64,000 nucleotides of DNA, from positions 47,515-111,514 of the IMG/VR virus record IMGVR_UViG_3300014501_000002; one strand, written 5' to 3'. The notes below the pieces were generated by a model. That model had not been told where the DNA came from. It did no database searches and worked only from the letters and a program-made list of their open reading frames with translations. Made by a program: the position numbers and the translations under genes. The DNA comes from a virus. Shown piece by piece: positions 30,128 to 40,757 of this stretch (the stretch's first letter is position 1; each line of letters opens with the position of its first letter).

Positions 30128-30634
30128 TCATGGTTTCTCCTTTGATTCTTTGAGTTTTCTTAGAGCCGGGCCTATAAACTCCATCATTTCGTCATATGAA
30201 AGATGGTCTAATTTTACTCTGTTGCACCTAATGCAACTGGGCACGACGTTGTGAGCCGCATAAGGAGTGCGGGGATCTACTTTATCGAGAGAATATCCCT
30301 TTAATCCCAGTGGTCCTAAACAATAATGGCAGCTATTGAGCCCGATAAGGTTAGAATAAAAATTTAAACTCCACAGCGGGTCTGATTTAGGCGTACACGC
30401 TTTCTTTAAAAAGAATTTTAATCTCCCGTGCCTAAAAGAAATAGTCTTTTGAAGATTAGATCGATAAGATGCGTGAGTGATGTAATAGTTTTTAGAATAC
30501 AAACGTAAGTCGTCTCGATGTTGAATACGATACTTTCCTTCGCACACTTTACACCATCCTTTCCGCTTTTTAAGAACGGAAGGTGTAGTATTGCTCCTTG
30601 TGAGAGCCTTCTTGCACTTATAGCATTTCATCAT
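30128..30634 (-). CDS. HNH-type homing endonuclease
   Basis: CHYC...LDKVD...YxxxNVVPSCxxCNxxK; AT-rich. Confidence 0.8.
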   Translation of the reverse strand: MMKCYKCKKALTRSNTTPSVLKKRKGWCKVCEGKYRIQHRDDLRLYSKNYYITHASYRSNLQKTISFRHGRLKFFLKKACTPKSDPLWSLNFYSNLIGLNSCHYCLGPLGLKGYSLDKVDPRTPYAAHNVVPSCIRCNRVKLDHLSYDEMMEFIGPALRKLKESKEKP

Positions 30635-33014
30635 TTAAAAACTCCAAAATGAACTGCGACGGTTGGTTAGTGTACGATATGTGAAGAAAATCCGCCGCTC
30701 TCGTACACCCGACAAAAAATATTCTTTCTTCCTCCATCAATTCTCCCTCTTTATGGGGCATCATACCCTGATCGCATCCTATTAAAAATACGTTGGAAAA
30801 TTCGCGACCTTTTGAGCCGTGCACCGTACTGAGCGTCAACCCCTTGGCCGACTTCCGGCCATGGGTTCTTTTTCTAAGATAATTCGTAAACTCGTGAATT
30901 GTTCCCTTACCCGCCGCCATGCGAACCAGGTCATTTAGGTTCTCAATCGGGTTTGAATCCTTGGTAGCGGAGTTGCGATACAAATAGACTAGGTTGTGCT
31001 GGTCGATTAGATTCTGCAACACGACATTCGCAGGCAACTGACTCCCTGAGTCTTTCGCTAATGCCAGCAGCTTACGAACCTCATTCAACTCGAAATAGTC
31101 CTTCTTCCCCAGGATCTTATATTTGATGCCTTTCATAGCGCAAACTTTCTGGAATTCGAACAGCTGTCGATTGGTCCGAGCGATCACAGCGCTGTTGGCT
31201 GGGTCGCTGATCTGCGCGAGCACCCAATACGCTTCCTCGTGTGAATCGCTGTACTTCTTGAACACCGGATCGACGCCCTCCTCATTATCGGTAATCATGT
31301 GCGACGCGATGCCGTTGTCCACCGGCAGAATCTTCTTAAAGAATTCCACAAGGCGCTTCGTGCTGCGGTAGTTCTGCCCAAGGTACAAAGATTTCGCGCC
31401 ACTGAACTTCTTAGAAAATCCGGACATATTCCCTGGCTGAGCACTGCGCCATTCGTAAATACAATTCCCGACCGGGATGCCGTCCGCTACGTAAGTATGA
31501 TCCTTTTCTACATCTAAAGAATAAACAAGCCCAGAATACATTTCTCTACTTACATCATTAATAATCGCGCTATCGTAAGAAATTTCAGTTGGTACACGCA
31601 TCAGCGCTGGTATAATATTTGCAGCGACTGTTTTAAAGTAACCGTGAAATTTTGTTAAGTGCTTCTTATGCGGCCATGATACCAATGGGTGTTCGAATAA
31701 CAAACGATGGTGCGATAAGCAATAGCGGCCCCCATCGGGGTTTGCTTCTCTGAAAATCTGATTAATCTGTTCTTGAGTTTTTTTAGAATTATTATATTTA
31801 TTATGAAAAGAGCATTCAGGGATGCCGTACCTCAAAGAGTAAACCTCTTCCCAAAATTCTGCTTCGGCTTGGGATGAAAGGACACGAAGAATCCACATCT
31901 TATTTGCCCCTTCTTGATATCCTCTATGAGACAACTGATTTGATCCGCTAACTCTTCGAAATCTACTAGTGCCCAATCTAAAACCTACATCTTTCTTCCA
32001 CATGAGATACACAAAATAGTTTCTTCCTTTATTTAATGCATCTTTATCAAATTTCACCCACATAAAATGATTGGGTGTGACCCTCGTCGTCTTCTTTCCA
32101 GAGTGAATCCGCAACATCCATCCTCTATAATACCTAACCGCCCGTTTAAATCTGCGGCCTGATCCAAGACGAATTCTTTTACCTTTTGAGTCCCAAGAGA
32201 CAAGCCTATCGGTACACGAACATATGTCTTCAATAGGAACACTTTTTACAATTGCGGGGCTCCGACCACATTTTTCCTTAACTAAAACACTCACTTCAGT
32301 CTCGGGCGGCTGACATTGATTTTCGTCTCCTACGACGAAGATATTGCCGTCGAAGATCAGTTGCAAAAGACGGAACTGAACGACGTCTGTATCCTGGCAC
32401 TCATCTACCGAAATGTACTTTCGCTTCCACCGGTCACGCACGTCCTCGTTGAATTCTAACAGAAGCACGGTCTCTCGAATCACACTATCGAAATCCAGCC
32501 AGCCTTGTTCGCGGCACTCCTTCTCGTAGTCTTCGTACGCGAGCGCGTAGAAAAATTCTTGATTGCTCGCTTGAGCCTTAGCCTGATGGGGCTCCACGTT
32601 CGTACGTTTCCAGGTTGAGATTTTCTCCATCAAAGTACGAAAGTTACTGATGGCTGGGTACCGCTTGACCAGGTCGAACACCAAAGTGTAATCCTCCATC
32701 CCGACCGGGATCACGGTGTCGCACAGCTTAAATGGCAGTTGATCTCGCTCCTTTTTCAGTAGCTCCATGGCGAAGCTATGGAATGTGCGGAACACAGCGT
32801 CCGCGTCCAGCAAGCCGACTTTGCGCGCCATTGTTTCCGCCGCCGCAGAAGTGAACGTCAGGTTCAGGATGTCCTTCGACTGTATGCCCTTAGTGAGCAT
32901 CCCAAGGTACCGCTGCACCAGCGTAGAGGTCTTCCCCGAGCCTGGACCGGCGATGACAACATGGACTCCTTCGACGGCGTCCAGGCATGCCTGTTGTTCA
33001 TCGTTGAACTTCAC
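30618..33014 (-). CDS. UvrD/Rep-family helicase containing an intein
   Basis: AGPGSGKT, TFHS, VDECQD, GDENQ|CIYEWR, QNYRS, STVHGSKGREF, FVGCTRA. Confidence 0.93.
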   Translation of the reverse strand: MKFNDEQQACLDAVEGVHVVIAGPGSGKTSTLVQRYLGMLTKGIQSKDILNLTFTSAAAETMARKVGLLDADAVFRTFHSFAMELLKKERDQLPFKLCDTVIPVGMEDYTLVFDLVKRYPAISNFRTLMEKISTWKRTNVEPHQAKAQASNQEFFYALAYEDYEKECREQGWLDFDSVIRETVLLLEFNEDVRDRWKRKYISVDECQDTDVVQFRLLQLIFDGNIFVVGDENQCQPPETEVSVLVKEKCGRSPAIVKSVPIEDICSCTDRLVSWDSKGKRIRLGSGRRFKRAVRYYRGWMLRIHSGKKTTRVTPNHFMWVKFDKDALNKGRNYFVYLMWKKDVGFRLGTSRFRRVSGSNQLSHRGYQEGANKMWILRVLSSQAEAEFWEEVYSLRYGIPECSFHNKYNNSKKTQEQINQIFREANPDGGRYCLSHHRLLFEHPLVSWPHKKHLTKFHGYFKTVAANIIPALMRVPTEISYDSAIINDVSREMYSGLVYSLDVEKDHTYVADGIPVGNCIYEWRSAQPGNMSGFSKKFSGAKSLYLGQNYRSTKRLVEFFKKILPVDNGIASHMITDNEEGVDPVFKKYSDSHEEAYWVLAQISDPANSAVIARTNRQLFEFQKVCAMKGIKYKILGKKDYFELNEVRKLLALAKDSGSQLPANVVLQNLIDQHNLVYLYRNSATKDSNPIENLNDLVRMAAGKGTIHEFTNYLRKRTHGRKSAKGLTLSTVHGSKGREFSNVFLIGCDQGMMPHKEGELMEEERIFFVGCTRAADFLHISYTNQPSQFILEFLNDEML
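31464..32315 (-). mobile_element. Intein (284 aa) in UvrD motif III
   Basis: Starts CQPPET after GDENQ, block B TPNH, ends VYSLDV...YVADGIPVGN followed by Cys; AT-rich relative to the exteins. Confidence 0.9.
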
Positions 33015-34438
33015 GCTTTAACCCCTAACTTCTGGTCGATCAGTGCTACAAGGCCCGGTTGACCTAGCTCCGCAAGCTTCTCATCCATGTAGCCCAGGAA
33101 AATCTCCCACTGGTTCACGGTCAGATGCTTAACTTCTTGCGTCTGCGGGAACATCAGACTCACGAACGCTTTGATTTTGTACTCTACGCCGCCGATGCCT
33201 TCGCTGCCCTTCATGCCGCCTTTAGGCAGAATATCGTTGGTGTACGCGAACAGTCGATTCTTGAATTCCTTCATCTGCACATCTTTCGGTAAATCTTTGA
33301 TCACTAGGGGTGGTCCACCCGCCACCATTGTAACAGATGCGGCTGGGGCAACCACTGTCGGGAGGGTGAAGGTTGCCACTTCGGGATAAAACACCGGCTC
33401 AGTCGGCGCCGCCGCTTTCTTGGCCTTGAGTGCGTCCGTGCGTTTCTTTGCTTTTGCAGCCGCAAGCGCAGCTTCCATTTGAATGATTTCGTCGTCCTCT
33501 GCAGAAACTTCTTTCAGCTTCGGCAAACTACGTTTCAATGCTTCACACGCCTCAAGTTGTGCAGGAGTGAAATCAACCTTTCCGACGTTCAGGGCGGGAG
33601 TCATATCGCATGGAACATTATCCGACTCTTCGATCTTCAAACCCGGTGTTTCAAGAACAACCGCTGTACTGCGGCGACGCCGTTTCTTCTTGACGGGTTC
33701 TTCACTATGGAGGTCGGCAATCTTCTCCTCGATTCGGGTAATGACGGGCGCAAAGGTCGCGGGAACGTGTTCTTCGACAACCGGTGCAGCTTTCGCGGCA
33801 GCTTCGGCGGCAAAGAAGGCGGCAGCTTTTGCTTCTAGCGCATCGATTGGGGCAGCAATTTGAGTTTGGGTAATTGCTCCCATGACTTGCTCTGTGATAT
33901 CCCTGCCCGGCGCTTCGTTCGGATGTGCAGTCGGGATGTGGATGATGTTCTTCAACGGCTCGGACACCGTACTGACTGTTTGGCTCCCGCCGGTAACTTC
34001 GGATTCGTCGAGCAAGCCGCCGCCCACGAACTGCAACGTGAGGCGCCGGGATGCGCGTGTCTGTGCGGTCATTATCGCATCGGAAATCGCGCGGCCATGC
34101 TTGTCCCGCGTGAACGCGGAACCCACGGCGACGTCAGTTCGACCGGACTTATCATGCCCCTTGGCCGTAAACATGATAAATCCGTCGCCAACGGTCTCCT
34201 TCATTTCATCCACACTGATGCCGTGGTTTGAGCGCATGACGTCAGTAAAGCCACGGCGAGCATAAAGAACAAGATTCTTACCGTTACCTTCAGAATTCTC
34301 CAACCAAATAAACTGCAGCAAATTCAGTTCAGGAGGAACGCCGTAATGCTCACAAGCATCGTAGTAATATCGGCGCTTCTCGTCTTCTGTCATGAGGTCT
34401 AACCCGTGCATCGGGGAAAACTTTTTCTTATCCGGCAT
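33011..34438 (-). CDS. Single-strand annealing recombinase (RecT/Redbeta-like N-terminal domain)
   Basis: LVLYA...TD...GRTD.AVG...AIMTAQTRASRRLTL...LDESE. Confidence 0.65.
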   Translation of the reverse strand: MPDKKKFSPMHGLDLMTEDEKRRYYYDACEHYGVPPELNLLQFIWLENSEGNGKNLVLYARRGFTDVMRSNHGISVDEMKETVGDGFIMFTAKGHDKSGRTDVAVGSAFTRDKHGRAISDAIMTAQTRASRRLTLQFVGGGLLDESEVTGGSQTVSTVSEPLKNIIHIPTAHPNEAPGRDITEQVMGAITQTQIAAPIDALEAKAAAFFAAEAAAKAAPVVEEHVPATFAPVITRIEEKIADLHSEEPVKKKRRRRSTAVVLETPGLKIEESDNVPCDMTPALNVGKVDFTPAQLEACEALKRSLPKLKEVSAEDDEIIQMEAALAAAKAKKRTDALKAKKAAAPTEPVFYPEVATFTLPTVVAPAASVTMVAGGPPLVIKDLPKDVQMKEFKNRLFAYTNDILPKGGMKGSEGIGGVEYKIKAFVSLMFPQTQEVKHLTVNQWEIFLGYMDEKLAELGQPGLVALIDQKLGVKA

Positions 34439-34453
34439 ATTGCCTCCAATTGG

Positions 34454-34482
34454 ATAGTATCAAAAGTACTAGTACTTGTCAA
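34454..34482 (-). promoter_or_regulatory. Sigma70-like promoter with AGTACTAGTACT palindrome in the spacer
   Basis: TTGACA-N17-TACTAT. Confidence 0.7.
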
Positions 34483-34970
34483 ACTTTATTTCTGGCGTAT
34501 GCCGCTATCGCTTCCAACTTTTCTGGGTTATCTTTAACGTATCCGAGGCACAAATTACAACTGTGACAAATGATTCCTCTAAATTTATTATCCTTGTGGT
34601 CTACGCAAAACTCTCCGTATGAACTTCCCGGATCGGTGCCACCACATGACTCGCATGTCCCATCAAATTTGTCTAGCGCGTCGGAGGCCCGTTTTATTTC
34701 GAACTCAGAAACCCCAAGTTTTCGCAGTCTATCTAGTTTTCTTTTAAGACCGCAAGCAGCGCACGTAGTTTTACCGGGGCGAGCCGAAACGATCAAATGA
34801 TTTAGACACATATTGTTTTTGCGCGCTCTCGCCCTGGTTACCTTTGTGTAATCTACACAATTCTGGCATTCGGTTCTTCCAAGTAGCGCTTTATTTCTCC
34901 AATGCCGAATACATCTCCCTGTTCTCTTCGCCGCTATGATTCTCTTTCGTTTATATTTTGCATTACTCAT
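34479..34970 (-). CDS. Endonuclease VII-like homing endonuclease
   Basis: CESC...VDH...RGIICHSCNLCLGYVKDN. Confidence 0.85.
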   Translation of the reverse strand: MSNAKYKRKRIIAAKRTGRCIRHWRNKALLGRTECQNCVDYTKVTRARARKNNMCLNHLIVSARPGKTTCAACGLKRKLDRLRKLGVSEFEIKRASDALDKFDGTCESCGGTDPGSSYGEFCVDHKDNKFRGIICHSCNLCLGYVKDNPEKLEAIAAYARNKV

Positions 34971-34973
34971 TAT

Positions 34974-37175
34974 TCACCCTTTTTTATAAAATTTAGACTC
35001 AAATCCGTCGCCCTTTAAAGGAAGACCGGGAGCCCAATCTATATTTTGTTTCATAACCCACTCCATAACTCGAACGCCGGGAACAAATGAGTCGTCATCC
35101 TTTTCAGCAATCCCCTCGTCGTGAACATGAGCGACAAGTTTTAATCCACGCTCATTTTCTAAAATAAGAAGAATGTGTGCAAGAACATCGCGAGCTATGC
35201 CCTGAACAATGTTCTCGAATACCTTACCTCCGTGTGAAGTAATCGGCCCCCATTGCTTCGTTTTTTGATCTTGTCCAGAATAAACTAGAGTCGGTTTATA
35301 AACATCAACAGTATTTTCGCCTGCCTCATCTCTTGTCTTCCAGGGCATCATTGTCGGCTGGATGCTCGAATCAAGATAATGCAGAAAACGACCGCTCGGA
35401 AGCTGAATTCTAAGAATAGGATCGCGACCCTGAATCGTTATCTTATCAATCTTAATACAATCATTGGGACCACAATAACGAACAACTCTTGAAGTTCCTT
35501 CTTCCATAACTTCAGCAATCAATTTTTCTAATAGAAACCACATTTCAACTACTTCTTTATAGCTCTCACGAAACACACGCACCACTTCGTGCGCTGTCTC
35601 ACGCTCCATGTCAACCCCCATCGATTCGCTATAACCCCACAACCCGAACTTCGTGGGTACCCCGTCCTTCGTACCCATATCGCCGCCGCCGAGCCTGTAA
35701 ACAGCGCCGAGCACCCCAGGCTTCGCAACCTGTCGATGACGCTTCGCTGCGGCCTTGATCGCCGGGTCTTTTGATTTGATGTCGCGCGCCAACGTCTCGT
35801 ACGGGATTTGCGTCATCTTGACCGCGAAGTCCAAATACGGGTCGCGACCTTTGTGGAATACGTCGAGCAACGGCCCGCAATTCGCGACCCACGCGGCGAC
35901 TCGTGTTTCGATCGCGTTTAAGTCCGATACGCAAAATTCCTTACTGTCCGTCGCAACGAACACCGTACGGATTATCGACTTCACGACGGACAACACCGTG
36001 CCGGGCGACGGCAGACTCATGTCTCCCGCGGGATCGCGGAACCATGCCTCAAGCGAATCGTAATCTTCCGCGTAGATTATCGCGCGAGCCCATGCGACGT
36101 TTTCCTCGTCTTCGAACCGTTCTTCCGGGCGGGCCATGTTATGAAACTGCAGCGAGTTGCTCGACCACCGGCCGCAACGGGGGCTGCCCATGTAGTTGAA
36201 CAGATTACGCAGCCGTTGATCCGGCCCGAGTTGACGTAAAATGGTCTCCATCTTCTTGTACGAAGTGGACGACGCCATCTTTCGGTTCGATAAAACTTCG
36301 ATGCACAACGGCGTAAGTTCAGTATTGTACTTCAGTTCTGCGGCGACGTGCTCTTTCGCGAGCGACGTCGGCTCATACCCGCGGTCATTCGCCCAAGCAA
36401 GCATCTGCGAGTTTGAGTTTGCATTCTCGAGCCCGGTCAGTTCATTTTGAATTTCGATAGCCTTAGCTTTCGCGATCGATGCAAGCTTGTACGCTTTCTG
36501 CACAAACCCCAAGTCCACGGGAATGCCGCGGTCGTTGATCGTCTGGTCCATGATCCAGATCGCCCGCTCGCGCGGCGGAAGCGGCGCAACGCCTAACAAT
36601 TCGAGGCGCCGGAGAACCTCTCGTTCTGCAACCACGTCCTGTCCGCAATACGCGCAAAACTTCTCCCACAAGGGCATATCGGTGGTATGATCGCGCCAGA
36701 AGTAGGTTCGCTCCTGCCCCTTCTTTTTCTTCATGGGCGTCGGCTTGCAGAACGTTTTAATCAGTTCTTTGCCTTCTTTGTCTTTTGCAAAATCGTGCGG
36801 GAGCCCAAGAATATCTGAAACTTCATCCAGGTTTGCAGGTAGAGACAGGTACCGCGCGCTGGCTTGTGGGTCTTGGAAGCGATGCGCCGGGATCGTCACG
36901 CCTAACACGTACATGAAGATGTATCGCTCAAACGCGCTGTTGAACGCGACGATATCAATCTCCGGGTCGTTCAGATACTCGCGCAGTTCCGCGGGCATCT
37001 CTTCCCACATCGGAAACCACATCTGAATCTTTCCTTCGTCTATCGCCCACCCAAGCATGAGCGCACGCGTAGATAGATGTGTGGCGTAGATGTAGATACC
37101 TACACCATTCGGTCCGCCGAGCTCCACTTCGCAGCGGGTTTCAAAGTCTATGTACAATCGTCGACGTCGGCGCAT
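34974..37175 (-). CDS. Phage family-A DNA polymerase with 3'-5' exonuclease
   Basis: IDFET, FNSAFE, YCGQDV exo motifs; DLNAIETR (A), RxxxKxxxLGxxY (B), HVHDE (C). Confidence 0.95.
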   Translation of the reverse strand: MRRRRRLYIDFETRCEVELGGPNGVGIYIYATHLSTRALMLGWAIDEGKIQMWFPMWEEMPAELREYLNDPEIDIVAFNSAFERYIFMYVLGVTIPAHRFQDPQASARYLSLPANLDEVSDILGLPHDFAKDKEGKELIKTFCKPTPMKKKKGQERTYFWRDHTTDMPLWEKFCAYCGQDVVAEREVLRRLELLGVAPLPPRERAIWIMDQTINDRGIPVDLGFVQKAYKLASIAKAKAIEIQNELTGLENANSNSQMLAWANDRGYEPTSLAKEHVAAELKYNTELTPLCIEVLSNRKMASSTSYKKMETILRQLGPDQRLRNLFNYMGSPRCGRWSSNSLQFHNMARPEERFEDEENVAWARAIIYAEDYDSLEAWFRDPAGDMSLPSPGTVLSVVKSIIRTVFVATDSKEFCVSDLNAIETRVAAWVANCGPLLDVFHKGRDPYLDFAVKMTQIPYETLARDIKSKDPAIKAAAKRHRQVAKPGVLGAVYRLGGGDMGTKDGVPTKFGLWGYSESMGVDMERETAHEVVRVFRESYKEVVEMWFLLEKLIAEVMEEGTSRVVRYCGPNDCIKIDKITIQGRDPILRIQLPSGRFLHYLDSSIQPTMMPWKTRDEAGENTVDVYKPTLVYSGQDQKTKQWGPITSHGGKVFENIVQGIARDVLAHILLILENERGLKLVAHVHDEGIAEKDDDSFVPGVRVMEWVMKQNIDWAPGLPLKGDGFESKFYKKG

Positions 37176-39262
37176 TAGTCGTTGTCCTCATCGATCGATT
37201 CAAGTAACCGTACAATCTTCGGATCGCCCTTTGTGCCCGCGCCTTCGATCCGGATCACACCATTCTTTACCATACCGAAATACGCCTGACTCCACAACGT
37301 CGTGCCGTGTCGATCCGCGTGCATTTCACGCTTAAGATCGCGCTCCAGAAGAATGCCCTCATGACGCGCGAGAAGATTCTTCAACTCCATCTGAATGCCG
37401 CCCTCCTTCGTCGTCGCTTCGTACGTGCACAACCATTTCTTGACCGCACGTTCGTAGTCGACCAGAGCGAGGCCACGTTCGATGCATTCCAAATCAATCT
37501 CTTCGAGCCCCATGTCGATCGCGATACCTAACGCGAATTTCTCCGCGCGAATTTCTTCACGGTTACCAAGATCGCCGCGCGCGTTTAACGGGGAACTATT
37601 TTCAATCTCAAATGTTCCTTGAAGAATGGCCTTATCGATCAGCTTTTGAGTCTCCCTCGCTCCCTCAAGCGTATTGACATGAATGTATGGTGAACGTTCT
37701 TTCAACGTCCTAGGCTGGAACAAGAAGAAAAATCGATCGTCAAGGCCGGATGATTTTCCGGACAGCTTTGCCCAATGCGGCAGGAAGTTTTTATCCGTGC
37801 AGCATGCGATCAGCGTTACGCAATACGTGTTCGGCTCGAACGAGAAACTTTCCTTGCGCGACTTGATCACATTCTGGAATTTACCGGATTCGTACATTGC
37901 CAACAACCGGGAGTTTAACGTGCTGCCGTCAATGCCCGCCTTGTTCGTCAGCGTCGACAATTCATCATAATATAGAATTCCGTTCTTACATTGCAGCCGG
38001 GACATCTGCATACCGAAGCCTTCCGGCGAACCGATTTCCCACACCAATGACTTTCCGTTCGCGTTATCCATCGCGTCGTTCGCGTGCGCGACCATGCCAA
38101 CATTTTGAAAATACTCAATGGCCGATTCAGCGGACGCTGATTTCATCATTTCGCCGCGCTTTCCGATCATGACCATGAATATTGACGGGATGAGCATCTT
38201 GCCTTTAACTTGGACGCGCATAGCGACGCAATTCAGCAGTATCGCAAGCGCGGGCATGAACATGAACTCTTCCTGGCGACTGTTTACGTCGCAGAATGGT
38301 TTGACGAGGCCCTTGTAAATGGACGTGCCAGCCATAACCCACTTAGGGAAGGTGGGATAGGGCGGCAGGGTGATTACAGGCGCCTCTAGAGGCTCCGTGA
38401 CGGTCTCTTGGATCGGTTTTGATGGTTGCACCGCATATGGGGTGCTAACGGGCTGTAAACCGCCCGGAACGCCACCGAACAGCACGGATTCGTCCTTCCC
38501 GACGGGGTACCGGCTAATGGACGCCGCGATCACCCGGACGTCGTTGTCCGTCATAGGCGGAACACAGCGCGCGGCATTGATTTCGTGCAGATGTTCCTCA
38601 ATGTCTTCGCGGCGAAGGCCTGCATTCCGAAGCCTACCCGCGATGCTCGCCAACGTGCTATTCCGCTTGCCATCGGGGATTGGACCGCCATCATCTTCAA
38701 CGGCCTTCTTTTTCTCGACGCGCTGCGTTTTGATCCACTCAATCAGAAACGCCGGAGCGTCCGTGATAGGAGCAGTGCATACGACTTCGTACGGTACTCC
38801 CGTTTTTTGGTGAATCGATCCTGCGGCAACTACGTACTCGTGATGGACGCGAACAGAGAAGTCTCCATTCTTAACGAACGGCTGCGCGACGTTGCCCAAG
38901 GCTATAGACTCAGGGGTTTGTTTCCAGTAATAGTGCCCGCGCCCCGGCGAACTGCGGACGCGATACGTGAGAGGAATCTTTTGGCCGGTTTCTACTTCGA
39001 TGCGCGACACAACCGACGGATCGTCGATTTCAAAAAACCATGTTCCACCGATCTGTGCTTTCGCGACCGCCGCGCAACCGGCATCGGGTGTCTCAATGCT
39101 CCATCGCGAAATAGTTTCCATATCGGTCGTAGCCAGGGTCGGCCAGTCTGAGTCCAACGCAATCTTCGAACGCGGTTTCAGCCGAATAACTGGCGCACCT
39201 TTTGCGATAGTCGCCGTGGCCCGCTCAAGAAAATTCATTTGGGTACCCTCAACAAATCGCAA
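37175..39262 (-). CDS. Bifunctional primase-polymerase with PriCT domain and C-terminal ATPase-like region
   Basis: EIDD, GRGHYYW, YVVAAGSIH, GKRNSTL; YYDEL; start may be 39238. Confidence 0.85.
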   Translation of the reverse strand: MRFVEGTQMNFLERATATIAKGAPVIRLKPRSKIALDSDWPTLATTDMETISRWSIETPDAGCAAVAKAQIGGTWFFEIDDPSVVSRIEVETGQKIPLTYRVRSSPGRGHYYWKQTPESIALGNVAQPFVKNGDFSVRVHHEYVVAAGSIHQKTGVPYEVVCTAPITDAPAFLIEWIKTQRVEKKKAVEDDGGPIPDGKRNSTLASIAGRLRNAGLRREDIEEHLHEINAARCVPPMTDNDVRVIAASISRYPVGKDESVLFGGVPGGLQPVSTPYAVQPSKPIQETVTEPLEAPVITLPPYPTFPKWVMAGTSIYKGLVKPFCDVNSRQEEFMFMPALAILLNCVAMRVQVKGKMLIPSIFMVMIGKRGEMMKSASAESAIEYFQNVGMVAHANDAMDNANGKSLVWEIGSPEGFGMQMSRLQCKNGILYYDELSTLTNKAGIDGSTLNSRLLAMYESGKFQNVIKSRKESFSFEPNTYCVTLIACCTDKNFLPHWAKLSGKSSGLDDRFFFLFQPRTLKERSPYIHVNTLEGARETQKLIDKAILQGTFEIENSSPLNARGDLGNREEIRAEKFALGIAIDMGLEEIDLECIERGLALVDYERAVKKWLCTYEATTKEGGIQMELKNLLARHEGILLERDLKREMHADRHGTTLWSQAYFGMVKNGVIRIEGAGTKGDPKIVRLLESIDEDND

Positions 39263-39900
39263 TATTTACAACCGAGTTTCAAAATACCTGGTTTAACATG
39301 ATGATTAGCGTGCACTCCTAATCCTGATATTCTTGCGCAATGCCCGCTTTTGGCATTTGTTCTTCCTCCGACTCCGATGCATAAAAGTCGCGCACGAGCT
39401 AGAAGTCCGCTTTCCACATTTTTACGACCCTGAATAGGCCCAGATATGCGGCCCGCAACTCTGCCTCCAGATGCGGAAATTTTAGTAAGGTGGCCGGACT
39501 CTACATTTTTACGTCCTCCCTTGCGCCCATTTTCTTTACTCAGATTGGGGTACAACTCTTGAGTTCTAAAACCTCCGAGAGATGCTAAAGACCCCGCATC
39601 AGGTACGCCGTTCAGAGGCAATTGAATATTTCTCAGCGGATGCTTAGATTCTTTGTACCCACTCTGCAATATGTGCTGCTGTTCTTTTACATACAGATGC
39701 CATCTAAAAAGATCGTCGGGCTCATTAGCTTGCTGCCCGATTCTAAACGCCTCAATAAGGCCGTAGCCCGAATATTTTCCCTTGCCATTCAGGTAGTGTT
39801 TTTGCGCCCATCTTTCTGATAATTTTTGCGTCGTGCTACCGCCTTTAACACATTCTCCAGTTGATAGATTCACAACGTCGTATACAATTCCGATTTTCAC
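39235..39900 (-). CDS. Homing endonuclease-like protein with repeated GRKNVESG units
   Basis: GIVY...GGSTT N-terminus (GIY-YIG-like); repeated GG/GRKNVESG; AT-rich. Confidence 0.55.
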   Translation of the reverse strand: MKIGIVYDVVNLSTGECVKGGSTTQKLSERWAQKHYLNGKGKYSGYGLIEAFRIGQQANEPDDLFRWHLYVKEQQHILQSGYKESKHPLRNIQLPLNGVPDAGSLASLGGFRTQELYPNLSKENGRKGGRKNVESGHLTKISASGGRVAGRISGPIQGRKNVESGLLARARLLCIGVGGRTNAKSGHCARISGLGVHANHHVKPGILKLGCKYCDLLRVPK

Positions 39901-39970
39901 CGAGGCCGCCTTTTACTCAAAGTATTTATGAATTTCGTGAATCCAATGGTCCGCATGCAAACCACTCAAC

Positions 39971-39999
39971 AGCTTACTATGCGTGACTCGCCATGTCAA
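39971..39999 (-). promoter_or_regulatory. Sigma70-like promoter
   Basis: TTGACA-N17-TAAGCT. Confidence 0.55.
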
Positions 40000-40077
40000 C
40001 CATAAAATAAAGAACGACGCCTCAAAGCCGAAGCCGGTCCACAGACCGTACCACATGTAACTGAGAATCAGTCTCAT

Positions 40078-40545
40078 TTACGTCTTACTCGGTGACGAAT
40101 ATCCCTGAGTTTCATCCCACGACGCCAATTCTGCCCGAAGAACGGAAAGTTCTCCGACGTACGGAGGAGTTTCAGATGACGACGGGCGGTTCGACGATAA
40201 ATCATGCATCTTAATCGCTTCGAGCCAGTCTGCGGATTCTGGAGTCCATATCTTGCCACAGTTACCACAACGTATCCTCACACTTTTATCGATGTAAGTG
40301 TGCTGCATGACGTTGTAATCTTTAAAGCCACAGTATGCCCCGCCCTTCAAATGCGTGCACCGATCTTGTCTTTTAATAATATGGTCGCGGATGGCCTGGT
40401 GCTCAAGCCCACTACGTTTATAATATTTCGGAACATAGTTCTTGATCGAGGCTAGAAGGAGTTGGTACTTATGATCTTCCCTAAGCCTGCGAAGAAGTAT
40501 TCGAAATTGGGTTTTGATTATCGCTAGGTACCGTCGCAAGATCAT
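40078..40545 (-). CDS. Hypothetical Zn-binding protein
   Basis: CTHLKGG...CGNCGK. Confidence 0.55.
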   Translation of the reverse strand: MILRRYLAIIKTQFRILLRRLREDHKYQLLLASIKNYVPKYYKRSGLEHQAIRDHIIKRQDRCTHLKGGAYCGFKDYNVMQHTYIDKSVRIRCGNCGKIWTPESADWLEAIKMHDLSSNRPSSSETPPYVGELSVLRAELASWDETQGYSSPSKT

Positions 40546-40757
40546 AATGTTCTCCAGTGGTACAGCTTTCGCAGACTACGTAATCCGCCCAATCATGCGC
40601 TAATGTTTCCCGTTCGCATTTCGCACAGTGCAAGATTTTCATAGTGCGTCCCAATTAAAAGCCCATGCAAGAATCATATAAAACCCAGCAAACAAGCCGA
40701 GCGCTGGCACCCATAGTGGGAGATTGATACTCCCCACGCCTGAAGGCGGGGGATTCT

